DNA from: Candidatus Fervidifonticultor quintus
GTDB taxonomy: Bacteria > Sysuimicrobiota > Sysuimicrobiia > Sysuimicrobiales > Humicultoraceae
Assembly: GCA_031459535.1 (NCBI GenBank)
Contig: JAVKIJ010000015.1
Span: 1-45,902 of the forward strand
Length of the DNA: 45,902 bases
Direction: 5' to 3'
The translations under genes were made by a program, and so were the position numbers. The notes below the pieces were generated by a model. The model was not told the origin of the DNA. It did no database searches and worked only from the letters and a program-made list of their open reading frames with translations. Shown one piece after another: positions 1-8,825 of the stretch; the stretch's first letter is position 1; the number at the start of each line of letters is the position of its first letter.

Positions 1-342
1 GGCGATCTGCTGACCGTGGGCCTCCGCTCGGCGTACAGTTTCCACATGGAGAATCTCAACCGACCGGAGAACCGCGAGATCGTCGAGGGGGCGCTCGCCA
101 GAGTACTGGCCAGGCCCCTGCGGTTTCGGTGCCAGCTCTACGACACCCCGCCTGCCGCGCCCCTGGCGGATGTCACCGAGGCGGCCCCGGCAGCCGACGC
201 CGGGCCAGCTGCGGCCACGGCCGAGACCGCAGCGGTGCAGACAGCGGCTACGGCACCGGAGCCAGGGGACGCGATGTCCTTCGTCGAGCGGGCCCGGCAG
301 ATGTTCGGCGCAGAGATCGTGGACGAGCGGCCGGCACCCTAG
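1..342 (+). CDS. dnaX: 3' end of DNA polymerase III subunit gamma/tau (5'-partial)
   Basis: Frame is open from base 1 (GDLLTVGLRSAYSFHMENLNRPENREIVE...), has an Ala/Pro-rich linker and ends ...ARQMFGAEIVDE. It lies directly upstream of ybaB-recR, the conserved dnaX-ybaB-recR order. Confidence 0.75.
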   Translation, partial: GDLLTVGLRSAYSFHMENLNRPENREIVEGALARVLARPLRFRCQLYDTPPAAPLADVTEAAPAADAGPAAATAETAAVQTAATAPEPGDAMSFVERARQMFGAEIVDERPAP

Positions 343-396
343 CGCCCGGGCCGCCGCAGGCGCCCGACGCCGCAGGATGAGTGAGGAGGTCGGCCC

Positions 397-720
397 GTGC
401 GCATGGGCGATATGGGCAAGATGCTGAAGCAGGCGCAGAAGCTGCAGGCGGAGATGGCGCGCGTGCAGGAGGCCCTGGCCGCCGAGCGCGTGGAAGCCAC
501 AGCTGGCGGAGGTGTCGTGCGCGCGGTGGCCAGCGGCCACGGTGAACTGGTGGAGCTCGTGATCGACCCGGCCGTGGTTGACCCGTCGGACGTGGGCATG
601 CTCTCCGACCTGGTGCTGGCCGCGGTGAACGAGGCCCAGCGCAAGGCGCGGGCGCTGGCCGAGGAGCGCATGAAGGCGCTCGCAGGTGGCCTGCAGATCC
701 CTGGCTTCCCGGGCCTCTGA
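397..720 (+). CDS. ybaB: YbaB/EbfC family nucleoid-associated protein
   Basis: MGKMLKQAQKLQAEM...EATAGGGVV...IDP...DLVLAAVNEA signature; RBS GAGGAGG at 383-389; precedes recR. Confidence 0.95.
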   Translation: MRMGDMGKMLKQAQKLQAEMARVQEALAAERVEATAGGGVVRAVASGHGELVELVIDPAVVDPSDVGMLSDLVLAAVNEAQRKARALAEERMKALAGGLQIPGFPGL

Positions 721-756
721 CAGGCCGGGGGAGGGCGCCAGGCTTCATCCATCCCG

Positions 757-1353
757 ATGGACTACCCGGCTCCGCTTGCCCGTCTGATCGACGAGCTCAC
801 CAAGATGCCGACCGTCGGGCCCAAAACCGCCCAGCGGCTCGCGTTCCACATCCTCCGCCTGCCGCCCGAAGAGGCCCAGGCGCTCGCCGAGGCCATCCTG
901 GACGTGAAGGCAAAGATGCGCCACTGCTCGGTGTGCTTCACGGTCACCGACGTCGACCCCTGTGCGATCTGCAGCGATCCCGCCCGCAGCGACGAACTCC
1001 TCTGTGTCGTGGAAGATCCCAGAGACGTGCTGGCGCTGGAACGGACGCGCGAGTTCCGGGGTCGCTACCACGTGCTACACGGCGCGATCTCCCCGCTCGA
1101 CGGCATCGGCCCCGATGACCTGCGGATCCCAGAACTGCTCGCCCGGGTGAAGGGCGGCGGCGTGAAGGAGGTCATCGTCGCCACGAACCCGCGGGTCGAG
1201 GGCGAGGCGACAGCGATCTACCTGGCCCGGCTGCTCAAGCCGCTCGGCGTCCGCGTGACCCGGATTGCGCACGGGCTGCCGGTGGGCGGCGACCTGGAGT
1301 ACGCCGACGAGGTGACGCTGGCCCGGGCCCTGGAAGGCCGGCGCGATCTCTAG
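757..1353 (+). CDS. recR: Recombination mediator RecR
   Basis: HhH motif ([12 protein letters not shown]), C4 zinc finger CSVC...CAIC, Toprim ([25 protein letters not shown]). Confidence 0.98.
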   Translation: MDYPAPLARLIDELTKMPTVGPKTAQRLAFHILRLPPEEAQALAEAILDVKAKMRHCSVCFTVTDVDPCAICSDPARSDELLCVVEDPRDVLALERTREFRGRYHVLHGAISPLDGIGPDDLRIPELLARVKGGGVKEVIVATNPRVEGEATAIYLARLLKPLGVRVTRIAHGLPVGGDLEYADEVTLARALEGRRDL

Positions 1354-1354
1354 G

Positions 1355-2584
1355 ATGCGCGCCGGGGCCCAACTGGCCCGCTCCCCGCGCTTTGGTGCGC
1401 TTCGCCACCGGAACTTTACCATCTTCTGGCTGGGCCTGCTGATCTCGCACACTGGCACCTGGATGCAGTCGGTGGGCCAGGGCTGGCTCGTCTATCAGTT
1501 GACCAACACGCCGGTGTGGTTGGGTCTGGTGAGCCTGGCGTTCGCGGTGCCAATGCTGATCCTCCCGCTGTTTGGCGGGGCGGTGGCCGACCGCGTCAAC
1601 CGGATCAGCCTCATCCGTAGCCTGCAGCTGTTCACGGCGACCGCCGCGCTGGTCCTGGCGGCCGTGACCTATCTCGGCGTCGTGAGCGGCTGGCACCTGG
1701 CGGGCTTCAGCCTGGTTCAGGGTCTCGTCCTGGCCTTCGAGGGCCCCGCGCGGCACGCGACGATCCCGCAACTGGTGGATCGGGAGCATCTGCTGGGCGC
1801 GGTATCGCTGTTCCAGTCCACCTACCAACTGGGAGGGTTCTTCGGCCCGGCGCTGGCCGGATTACTGCTCGGCGCGTTGGGGACCGAGCGCATCTACGCC
1901 CTGTTTGCCGTCAACGGCCTGACCTTCCTGCTGTTCGCCGGCGCGCTCTCCCTGCTGCGCGACGCCCCGCAGGAGCGGGAGGCGGGCGCGTCGCTGGTGG
2001 CATCGGTCTCAGACGGCGTCCGGTTCGTCTGGAGCCGCGCGCCGCTGCGGGCGCTATTGGTCCTCATCGCCGTGGCGGGCGTGTTCGGGCGCTCGTATCT
2101 GGCCCTGATGCCGGTTTTTGCCCGGGACGTGCTCGGCACAGACGCGCGGGGCCTGGGTTTCCTCACCGCCGCGCCCGGCATCGGTGTCATCGCGGGCGCG
2201 GCGCTACTCTCAGGGTTTGGCGTGGCGGGTTCGCAGGGACGACGGATCTTCGCCGCGGCCGCGCTCTTCGCGGTGCTGCTTGGGGCCTTTGCCACGTCCC
2301 AGTCCATGGCGTTGTCGCTGGGCCTCCTGGTAACCCTGGGCTTTGCGACCGTGACCCTGGTCGCGAGCATATCGGCGGCTATGCAGACCGCGGCCCCCGA
2401 CGCGCTGCGCGGTCGCGTCATGAGTCTGTGGGCCATCGCCAATGTGGGGTTGCCGTCCTTGGGCGCGATGCTGACTGCCAGCGTCGCGGCCGCAGTGGGC
2501 GCACCCATGGCCGTCTTGGGCGGCGCGGGCCTAGTGGCCGTGGCCGCCGTAGCCCTGGGATCGAGGATTCGGGCCATTCCGTAG
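1355..2584 (+). CDS. MFS transporter (MFS_3/DHA3-like)
   Basis: About 12 hydrophobic segments; ALRHRNF...GTWMQSV, GGAVADRVNR and PDALRGRVMSL motifs. Confidence 0.9.
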   Translation: MRAGAQLARSPRFGALRHRNFTIFWLGLLISHTGTWMQSVGQGWLVYQLTNTPVWLGLVSLAFAVPMLILPLFGGAVADRVNRISLIRSLQLFTATAALVLAAVTYLGVVSGWHLAGFSLVQGLVLAFEGPARHATIPQLVDREHLLGAVSLFQSTYQLGGFFGPALAGLLLGALGTERIYALFAVNGLTFLLFAGALSLLRDAPQEREAGASLVASVSDGVRFVWSRAPLRALLVLIAVAGVFGRSYLALMPVFARDVLGTDARGLGFLTAAPGIGVIAGAALLSGFGVAGSQGRRIFAAAALFAVLLGAFATSQSMALSLGLLVTLGFATVTLVASISAAMQTAAPDALRGRVMSLWAIANVGLPSLGAMLTASVAAAVGAPMAVLGGAGLVAVAAVALGSRIRAIP

Positions 2585-2610
2585 CGCTTTCCGGCCCGAG
2601 GCTGCGACGG

Positions 2611-2616
2611 TATACT
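2611..2616 (+). promoter_or_regulatory. Putative -10 element (TATACT) for the ykuK-like gene
   Basis: TATACT in a GC-rich intergenic gap, just upstream of the GGAGGG RBS; no convincing -35. Confidence 0.45.
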
Positions 2617-2637
2617 GTAGACGGAGGGAAACCCGGC

Positions 2638-3108
2638 GTGGAGTTCATCAGCCCCACACAGGGGCGCGTGACCTTCGATCAGATGTTCAAGCAACTGGTC
2701 GGCTACATGAAGAGCGAACCCGACCAGCACTACCACTTGATCATTGGTACCGACTCCCTGCTCTCCGACGACACCACCTTCGTGACCGCCGTGATCATCC
2801 ATCGGGTCGGTCACGGCGGCCGGTACTTCTACCGGCGCTTCCGCAACCGGAAGATCGAGAGCCTGCGCCAGCGCATCCTCTTCGAGACGTCGTTGTCCCT
2901 GGAGACCGCCCACCTGATCACCACGGAGCTGGCCCGCAACGGCTATTCGAAGCTTCCCGTGGAGATCCACCTCGACGTGGGGAACAACGGCGAGACCAAG
3001 CGGATCGTGCGTGAGGTGGTGGGCATGGTCTCTGGCTCGGGGTTCAGCCCGGTGATCAAGCCGGACGCCTACGGCGCCACCAAGGTGGCCGACAAGCACT
3101 CGAAGTAA
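2638..3108 (+). CDS. Ribonuclease H-like YkuK family protein (DUF458)
   Basis: IIGTDS, FVTAVIIHRVGHGGRYF, EIHLDVG..GET, IKPDAYGATKVADKH. GTG at 2638 with a GGAGGG RBS is preferred over the ORF-track start at 2428. Confidence 0.88.
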   Translation: MEFISPTQGRVTFDQMFKQLVGYMKSEPDQHYHLIIGTDSLLSDDTTFVTAVIIHRVGHGGRYFYRRFRNRKIESLRQRILFETSLSLETAHLITTELARNGYSKLPVEIHLDVGNNGETKRIVREVVGMVSGSGFSPVIKPDAYGATKVADKHSK

Positions 3109-3138
3109 CCTGACAGTCCCCGCGGCACGTCGCCCGGG

Positions 3139-4035
3139 CTACGGCCGGTGGGCGCGCAACACGCTTCGCGCCGTGGTCAGGAACGCCTCGATCAGGGGGT
3201 TGGGCGGCCGGTCTCGGTGGGCGACGCTGTAGAAGGTGCGCGTAATCCGGCCTTCGCGCAGGCGAATTCCGCACAGGTGTCGCCCAAGCCGGCGCTGCTT
3301 CAGCAACGTCGCCGACAGGAACGCCACACCGGCGTTGGCGCTCACCAGGTCCAGGGTGACCTCGTTGCTACTCACCTCGAAGGCCGGGCTCACCTCGATC
3401 CCGAACCGGGCCAGGAACTGTTCCACCGTCTGACGGGTCATGGAGCCAGCTTCACGCATGATGAGCCGCTGGCCTCGCAGCGCGTGGGCAGAGACGACCC
3501 GGCGTCGGCTCCAGGGATGTGCCTTCGGCACCACCAGCACGATCTCGTCCACGACGAACAGCTCCACCGCCAGGCGTTCGTCATCCACCGACCGGCCCAC
3601 GAACCCCAGATCGTCCTCCAGGCCGGCGACCCGGTCCAGAACCTCGGCGCTGTTGCCGAGGATGAACCGGACCCTGGGGCCCGGGAACGTGGAGACGAAG
3701 CGCTTCAGCACCCGCGGGAGATAGACCGTGCCCACCGTCAGGCTGGCCCCCAGGCGGAGCAGGCCGCCCCGTAGTCCCCGCAGGTCGTGCAGCCTGGAGT
3801 CCAGCTCCCGCTCCAGGACGCTCACGCGGGAGGCGTAGTCGAAGACCACGTGACCGGCGTCGGTGAGCGCAACGGCCTGGCCGGTCCGGGACAGCAGGCG
3901 TACCCCGTACAGCCGCTCGAGCCCGCGCATCTGCAGGCTCACCGCCGGCTGGGAGATACCGAGCACGCGGGCGGCGCCCGAGTACGACCCTTCCCTGACC
4001 ACGTGGAAGAATGTGCGCAACCAGTTGAGGTTCAT
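3139..4035 (-). CDS. LysR family transcriptional regulator (CysL-like substrate domain)
   Basis: N-terminal HTH (GSYSGAARVLGISQPAVSLQMRGLE), LRLGAS and REAGSMTR motifs; 298 aa; divergent from the phnX-like operon. Confidence 0.95.
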   Translation of the reverse strand: MNLNWLRTFFHVVREGSYSGAARVLGISQPAVSLQMRGLERLYGVRLLSRTGQAVALTDAGHVVFDYASRVSVLERELDSRLHDLRGLRGGLLRLGASLTVGTVYLPRVLKRFVSTFPGPRVRFILGNSAEVLDRVAGLEDDLGFVGRSVDDERLAVELFVVDEIVLVVPKAHPWSRRRVVSAHALRGQRLIMREAGSMTRQTVEQFLARFGIEVSPAFEVSSNEVTLDLVSANAGVAFLSATLLKQRRLGRHLCGIRLREGRITRTFYSVAHRDRPPNPLIEAFLTTARSVLRAHRP

Positions 4036-4045
4036 GCCATCCTCC

Positions 4046-4063
4046 CTATAAATTCAATTATAG
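4046..4063. promoter_or_regulatory. Inverted repeat CTATAA-N6-TTATAG, candidate LysR operator
   Basis: AT-rich perfect 6-bp inverted repeat between the LysR start and the -35 of the divergent promoter. Confidence 0.5.
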
Positions 4064-4068
4064 ATTTC

Positions 4069-4097
4069 TTGACATTCCTTTGTTTGACGTATAGCAT
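4069..4097 (+). promoter_or_regulatory. Sigma70-type promoter of the phnX-like operon
   Basis: TTGACA (4069-4074), 17 bp spacer, TAGCAT (4092-4097). Confidence 0.75.
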
Positions 4098-4145
4098 CGT
4101 CAGCCGTACGCTCTCTTCGGAAGGTGACCTGGCGAGGGGAGCAGG

Positions 4146-4961
4146 ATGGGACGGTACAGAGGCAGGATCAAGCTCGCGGTGCTGGATACAGCCGGCGTGG
4201 TGTGCGACGGCCCCCAGGATCTCCGGCACCTCTACCCGCGCGACGACCTCAAGGGCGTCAAGGCGCCCGTGATCGCCTTCGACGAAGTGCTGTCCCGCTA
4301 CGGCCTCCAACTGGCCTGGGCGGTCATCCGCAGGCCGATGGGCCTGTTTAAGCGGACGCACCTGCAGCGGCTGCTGGAGGACCAGCAGGTCGCGGCGCAA
4401 TTCGTCGCGGCCCACGGCCGCCCGTGGACGGAGGCGGACATTGACCGGCTGTTCGAGGAGTTCCGGCCGGTTCTCGACGAGGTGATCGTCCGGGAGGAAC
4501 TCGCGCGCCCCATCGACGGAGTCAGGGAGTGCCTGGCGGCGCTGCGAGCGGAGGGGATCGTGATCGGGTGCGACACGGGGTATACGGCGTCGGCGTCGGC
4601 GCTCCTCAACCAGGCGCTGGCAGAGCGGTTCGGGATCGTCTTCGATGTCACGACGAACTCGGAGGTGGTCAGAGGCCGGCCCAGCCCCTTCATGGTGTTC
4701 GACTGCATGGAGAAGGCCGACCTTTATCCTGTGGAAGCCGTGGTGAAGGTGGACGATACACGGGCGGGCATGTACGAGGGCCGCAATGCCGGCGCCTGGA
4801 CCGTAGGGGTGTACGAGTCCGGAAATGACTCCTACGATCAGCTCAGGGAGGCGGAACCCGACTTCCTGATCCCGTCCATCAAGGCGCTCCCGGAGGTCAT
4901 TTTCAACCAGATCGAGCCCCGGCTGACCCGGGGCGCCCTGCCCGGGCAAGACACTCGATGA
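4146..4961 (+). CDS. phnX: Phosphonoacetaldehyde hydrolase (phosphonatase)-like HAD enzyme
   Basis: LDTAG (cf. PhnX DWAG), PMGLFK (Schiff-base Lys motif), GRPSPFM, VKVDDT, EGRNAGAWTVGV. Confidence 0.75.
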   Translation: MGRYRGRIKLAVLDTAGVVCDGPQDLRHLYPRDDLKGVKAPVIAFDEVLSRYGLQLAWAVIRRPMGLFKRTHLQRLLEDQQVAAQFVAAHGRPWTEADIDRLFEEFRPVLDEVIVREELARPIDGVRECLAALRAEGIVIGCDTGYTASASALLNQALAERFGIVFDVTTNSEVVRGRPSPFMVFDCMEKADLYPVEAVVKVDDTRAGMYEGRNAGAWTVGVYESGNDSYDQLREAEPDFLIPSIKALPEVIFNQIEPRLTRGALPGQDTR

Positions 4962-4995
4962 TCCGGGCGATGCGGCCAGGCTCCGCAACTGCCCC

Positions 4996-6039
4996 ATGGA
5001 GGTGAGCGGGATGGTTCGCTGGTTCGTGGTCAGTATGGTAGTGACCGGGCTCGTGCTGGGCGCGGGGACAGGGCTGCGAGCCGCCGCGCCGACTCAGTTC
5101 GCCACTTATGGCATGCCCCACGAAACGGTATGGGCACTGGTCATCGACGCCTTCTGCAAGAAGTACAACTGCATCCACGTGGACACCGACATGGGCAGCG
5201 CCGAGGCCATCACCAAGTTCGTGGCCGAGCGCAGCAAGCCTGTGGCCTACGCCACGGAGGTGGGTATCGCGTTCGGTCCCGTGGCGGTCCAGCGCGGGGC
5301 AGCCATGATGTACAAGAACGCCAACTGGGACAAGATCCCCTCGTGGGCCAAGGATGCCGGCGGTGGATGGTTCGCCGTCTACGCCGGCGTCCCCACATTC
5401 CTGGTGAACCCCCGGGCGGTGAAGGCCGTTCCCGCCTCCTGGCGCGACCTGCTGAACCCGGACTACCGGCGCACCTTCGCGATCAAGGACCCCCGGACGT
5501 CAGGAACCGCCCTGGCCACGGTGCTGGCCGCCAACGCCGCGATGGGCGGAACGCTCACCAATCTCGACCCGGGCATCGCCTACTTCAAGCAGCTCAAGGA
5601 GATGGGGATCCTCAGCCCGACGCGGGTCAGCGACTCCAACATCCAGAAGGGTGAAATCCCCATCACGGTCAAGTATGATCACGAGAACCTGGTGCTGCGC
5701 GACGCGCTGAAGAACGAGCTGCGACTGGAGATCATCGTTCCCAGCGATGGCACCATCTACGCCCCCTCGGTGCTGGTGCTGAACCGCTACGCCCCGGACC
5801 AGGCGCTGGCCAGGGCGTTCGCCGACTTCGTGACCTCCGACGAGGGGCAGCTACTGGTGGCCAGGGCCTACCCCAGGCCGGTTCGCTACGTCGCCGGCAA
5901 CCTGAAGGTGCCGGCCGACATTCGGGCGCGGTGGCTGCCGGACTCGGCGTACGGGACCCGCGTGCGCAAGGTCCTTGAGTGGGACAAGTTCTCGATCGTC
6001 GCGTTCGCGGAGAAGTGGGCGAAGGAAGTGGCTCCATAG
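4996..6039 (+). CDS. ABC transporter substrate-binding protein (Fe3+/polyamine/phosphonate-like family)
   Basis: Signal peptide; VPASWRDLL, DPRTSGTA and IVPSDGT motifs; followed by two permeases and an ATPase. Confidence 0.88.
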   Translation: MEVSGMVRWFVVSMVVTGLVLGAGTGLRAAAPTQFATYGMPHETVWALVIDAFCKKYNCIHVDTDMGSAEAITKFVAERSKPVAYATEVGIAFGPVAVQRGAAMMYKNANWDKIPSWAKDAGGGWFAVYAGVPTFLVNPRAVKAVPASWRDLLNPDYRRTFAIKDPRTSGTALATVLAANAAMGGTLTNLDPGIAYFKQLKEMGILSPTRVSDSNIQKGEIPITVKYDHENLVLRDALKNELRLEIIVPSDGTIYAPSVLVLNRYAPDQALARAFADFVTSDEGQLLVARAYPRPVRYVAGNLKVPADIRARWLPDSAYGTRVRKVLEWDKFSIVAFAEKWAKEVAP

Positions 6040-6917
6040 GGATCTCACCGGGCCGCCCGCGAGGCCGGCGCCGCGCACGGATAGGCGCGCCGGCCGATCT
6101 GCTGGCGGTCGTCCTGCTCGCCGCCTTCGTCCTGGCCACCCTCGTGGGGCCGGCCGGTGCCCTGGTGTGGAACAGCCTGCGGGCCGAGGGCAGCCTCTCG
6201 CCGGGGATCTACGCGAGGATCCTGCGGTCGCCGAACCTGCGCCAGGCCGTCGTCACCAGTCTCGCGCTGGCCGCCACCGCCGCCACGGTAGGCACCACGC
6301 TGGGCGCGCTGCTCGCCCTGGCTCTCCACGGCACGGTGGGAGATCGCTTTCGCTCCACGTTCCTGTCGCTGGCCACGGTCGCCAACAACTACGGCGGGGT
6401 GCCGCTGGCGTTTGGCTTCATCCTGCTGCTGGGCTCCACAGGAATGATCACCCTGCTGGTGAGTACGGTGCTCGGCCGCCGGGTAGAGATCGAACTGGTC
6501 TCGTTCTGGGGCCTGATCGCCGTGTACCTGTACTTCCTGATACCACTGTGCGTCCTCACGTTTCTGCCGTCGCTGGCGGCGCTACGGGCCGAACTGCGCG
6601 AGGCCGCCGAGGTCCACGGGGCCAGGGCCTACCATTTCTGGCGCTACATTGGCGGACCAATCCTCATGCCCCCCCTGCTGGCCAGCTTCGTCTTACTGTT
6701 CGCCTCGGCGCTGGGCAGCTACTCGACACCATGGGCCATCATCGGGGGCGGCGCCGGCCTGACGCTGATGACCGTGCAGATCGGGTTCATCTTCGGCGAG
6801 TCCGGTTTCGACATCGCGGTGGCTGACGGCCTGGCTGTGATGATCATCGGGCTGGCCTCAGCGTCGCTGGTGGCCTACCACGCGCTGATGTCGCGCGCCG
6901 CCCGGTGGATGCGATGA
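6015..6917 (+). CDS. ABC transporter permease (start uncertain)
   Basis: Multiple TM segments and EAA loop (ELREAAEVHGA); stop overlaps the next start (ATGA at 6914-6917). Confidence 0.85.
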   Translation: MGEGSGSIGISPGRPRGRRRARIGAPADLLAVVLLAAFVLATLVGPAGALVWNSLRAEGSLSPGIYARILRSPNLRQAVVTSLALAATAATVGTTLGALLALALHGTVGDRFRSTFLSLATVANNYGGVPLAFGFILLLGSTGMITLLVSTVLGRRVEIELVSFWGLIAVYLYFLIPLCVLTFLPSLAALRAELREAAEVHGARAYHFWRYIGGPILMPPLLASFVLLFASALGSYSTPWAIIGGGAGLTLMTVQIGFIFGESGFDIAVADGLAVMIIGLASASLVAYHALMSRAARWMR

Positions 6918-7735
6918 CCGCATCGCGCCTGTGGCGGGGATGGGCCCTCGTGCTCATCGGCGCCTTCGTGATCTACCTGGTGTTGCCGCTGGCGGTCACG
7001 CTGCTCTTCGCCCTGGCGACGCGCTGGACCAGCACGGTCCTGCCGGAACACCTCACCACCGAGTGGGTGATCCGCACCGTCCGCGAGCCCAGGTTTGGAG
7101 AAACGATCCGCCGCTCGCTGGCGTTGGGCGGCGTGGTGGTCCTCGCCGACCTGGTCCTGGTGGTGCCCGCCCTGGTGGTGGCGACCATCCGGCAGAGCCG
7201 GTGGCGGCCCGTGCTGGACGCCGCCTCGCTGCTACCGTACGCGATGCCGGGTGTGGTGCTGGCGCTGGCTCTGCTACGCTTCTACGGCGCGGCGGCACCG
7301 GCGTTGTTGAACACGCCGTGGCTGCTGGGTGCCGCGCACGCGACCCTGGCCCTGCCCATCGTCTACTGGGCAGTGCTCAACAACCTGCGGGCCATTCGCC
7401 TGCACGAACTCTACGACGCCTCGGTCACCTGCGGTGCCCGGTGGACGCAGACGCTGCGCTACGTGGTGCTGCCCAACATCCGCACCGGCATGGCCGTCGC
7501 CGCGGTGGCCGGTTTCACCGCATCGTTCACCGATTTCGCGGTGGCCAACTTCGTGGTGGGGGGAAGCTGGTTGACCTTCTCGGTCTGGCAAGGATACATC
7601 ATGCGCCAGAACGGACACATCATGGCGGTCACGTCCATCGTGAGCCTGGTCGTGACCATGACCACCACGCTCCTGCTCATCCGCCTCGCCCGCGAGGCCG
7701 GGCTGGCGCCGCGCCAGGCGCGTGGAGGTGGCTAG
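6914..7735 (+). CDS. ABC transporter permease (PotC-like)
   Basis: TM segments, PYAMPGVV and EAA-like loop (LYDASVTCGA...VVLPN). Confidence 0.88.
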   Translation: MTASRLWRGWALVLIGAFVIYLVLPLAVTLLFALATRWTSTVLPEHLTTEWVIRTVREPRFGETIRRSLALGGVVVLADLVLVVPALVVATIRQSRWRPVLDAASLLPYAMPGVVLALALLRFYGAAAPALLNTPWLLGAAHATLALPIVYWAVLNNLRAIRLHELYDASVTCGARWTQTLRYVVLPNIRTGMAVAAVAGFTASFTDFAVANFVVGGSWLTFSVWQGYIMRQNGHIMAVTSIVSLVVTMTTTLLLIRLAREAGLAPRQARGGG

Positions 7736-7736
7736 C

Positions 7737-8825
7737 ATGGCTTATCTGGTCCTGGAGAATCTCTGGAAACGGTTCGGTGCCACCGCCGCCGTGGCCGGCC
7801 TCAGCCTTGAGATCGAACGCGGCGAGTTCGTCAGCCTGCTGGGGCCCAGCGGCTGCGGCAAGACCACCACGCTGCGCCTCGTGGCCGGTCTGCTGGCACT
7901 GGACGCCGGGGACATCTGGCTAGAGGGAGAACGGATCTCCCATCTGCCCGCCGCGGAACGGGAGATGGGAATGGTGTTCCAGGCGTGGGCCCTCTTCCCC
8001 AACATGACCGCGGCGCAAAACATCGGCTTCCCCCTCAAGGTACGCGGCCTCCCGCCCCGCCAGATCGCCGCGCGCGTGGCCGAGATCATCGGACTGCTGG
8101 GGCTCGAAGGGCTCGAGGACCGCTACCCCCACGAGCTGAGCGGCGGCCAGCAGCAGCGCGTGGGCCTGGGGCGGGCGCTGGCGCGCGAGCCACGGGTGCT
8201 GCTGCTCGACGAGCCGCTGAGCGCCCTGGACGCGCCGGTGCGCCGGGGGCTGATCGTGGAGATCCGCCGGCTGCAACAGCAACTGGACATGACCACGCTC
8301 TATGTCACCCACGACCAGGAAGAAGCCCTCAGCATGAGCGATCGGGTCGCGGTCATGGACCGGGGCCGGATCGTCGAGATGGGCACGCCCGAGCGGCTCT
8401 ACGCCGAACCGGCATCGGCCTTCACCGCCAGCTTCATCGGGGCCACGAATGCCCTGGTCGCCGAGGTCACAGATGCCGCGCGGTCGCTGGTGAGCGTGGC
8501 CGGGCTGACGCTTCGGGTGCCCGACCTTGGAGGCGCCGGCCCCGGCGACCGAGTACGCATCGGAATCCGGCCAGAAGACCTCCGGATTGCCCCGTACCCG
8601 CCACTCGCAGGCGCCAACGCCCTGCAGGGTCGGGTGCTCGTGAAGACGTTCTTGGGACCGGTCACGCGGGTCGAGGTCCGGTGCCAGCAGATGCCGCTGC
8701 GCGTGGATGTGCCGTCGGCGGAAGCGGTGACCGTTTCAAGCCAGCAGGACGTCTGGCTGCTGTTCCCGGAACACTGCCGGGTGCTTGAGGTCCTCGGGAA
8801 AGAGGTAGCCGACCGTGGCCGGTAA
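7737..8825 (+). CDS. ABC transporter ATP-binding protein (PotA/PhnT-like, C-terminal TOBE)
   Basis: Walker A GPSGCGKT, signature LSGGQQQR, Walker B LLLDEP, YVTHDQEEA; RBS GGAGG. Confidence 0.95.
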   Translation: MAYLVLENLWKRFGATAAVAGLSLEIERGEFVSLLGPSGCGKTTTLRLVAGLLALDAGDIWLEGERISHLPAAEREMGMVFQAWALFPNMTAAQNIGFPLKVRGLPPRQIAARVAEIIGLLGLEGLEDRYPHELSGGQQQRVGLGRALAREPRVLLLDEPLSALDAPVRRGLIVEIRRLQQQLDMTTLYVTHDQEEALSMSDRVAVMDRGRIVEMGTPERLYAEPASAFTASFIGATNALVAEVTDAARSLVSVAGLTLRVPDLGGAGPGDRVRIGIRPEDLRIAPYPPLAGANALQGRVLVKTFLGPVTRVEVRCQQMPLRVDVPSAEAVTVSSQQDVWLLFPEHCRVLEVLGKEVADRGR

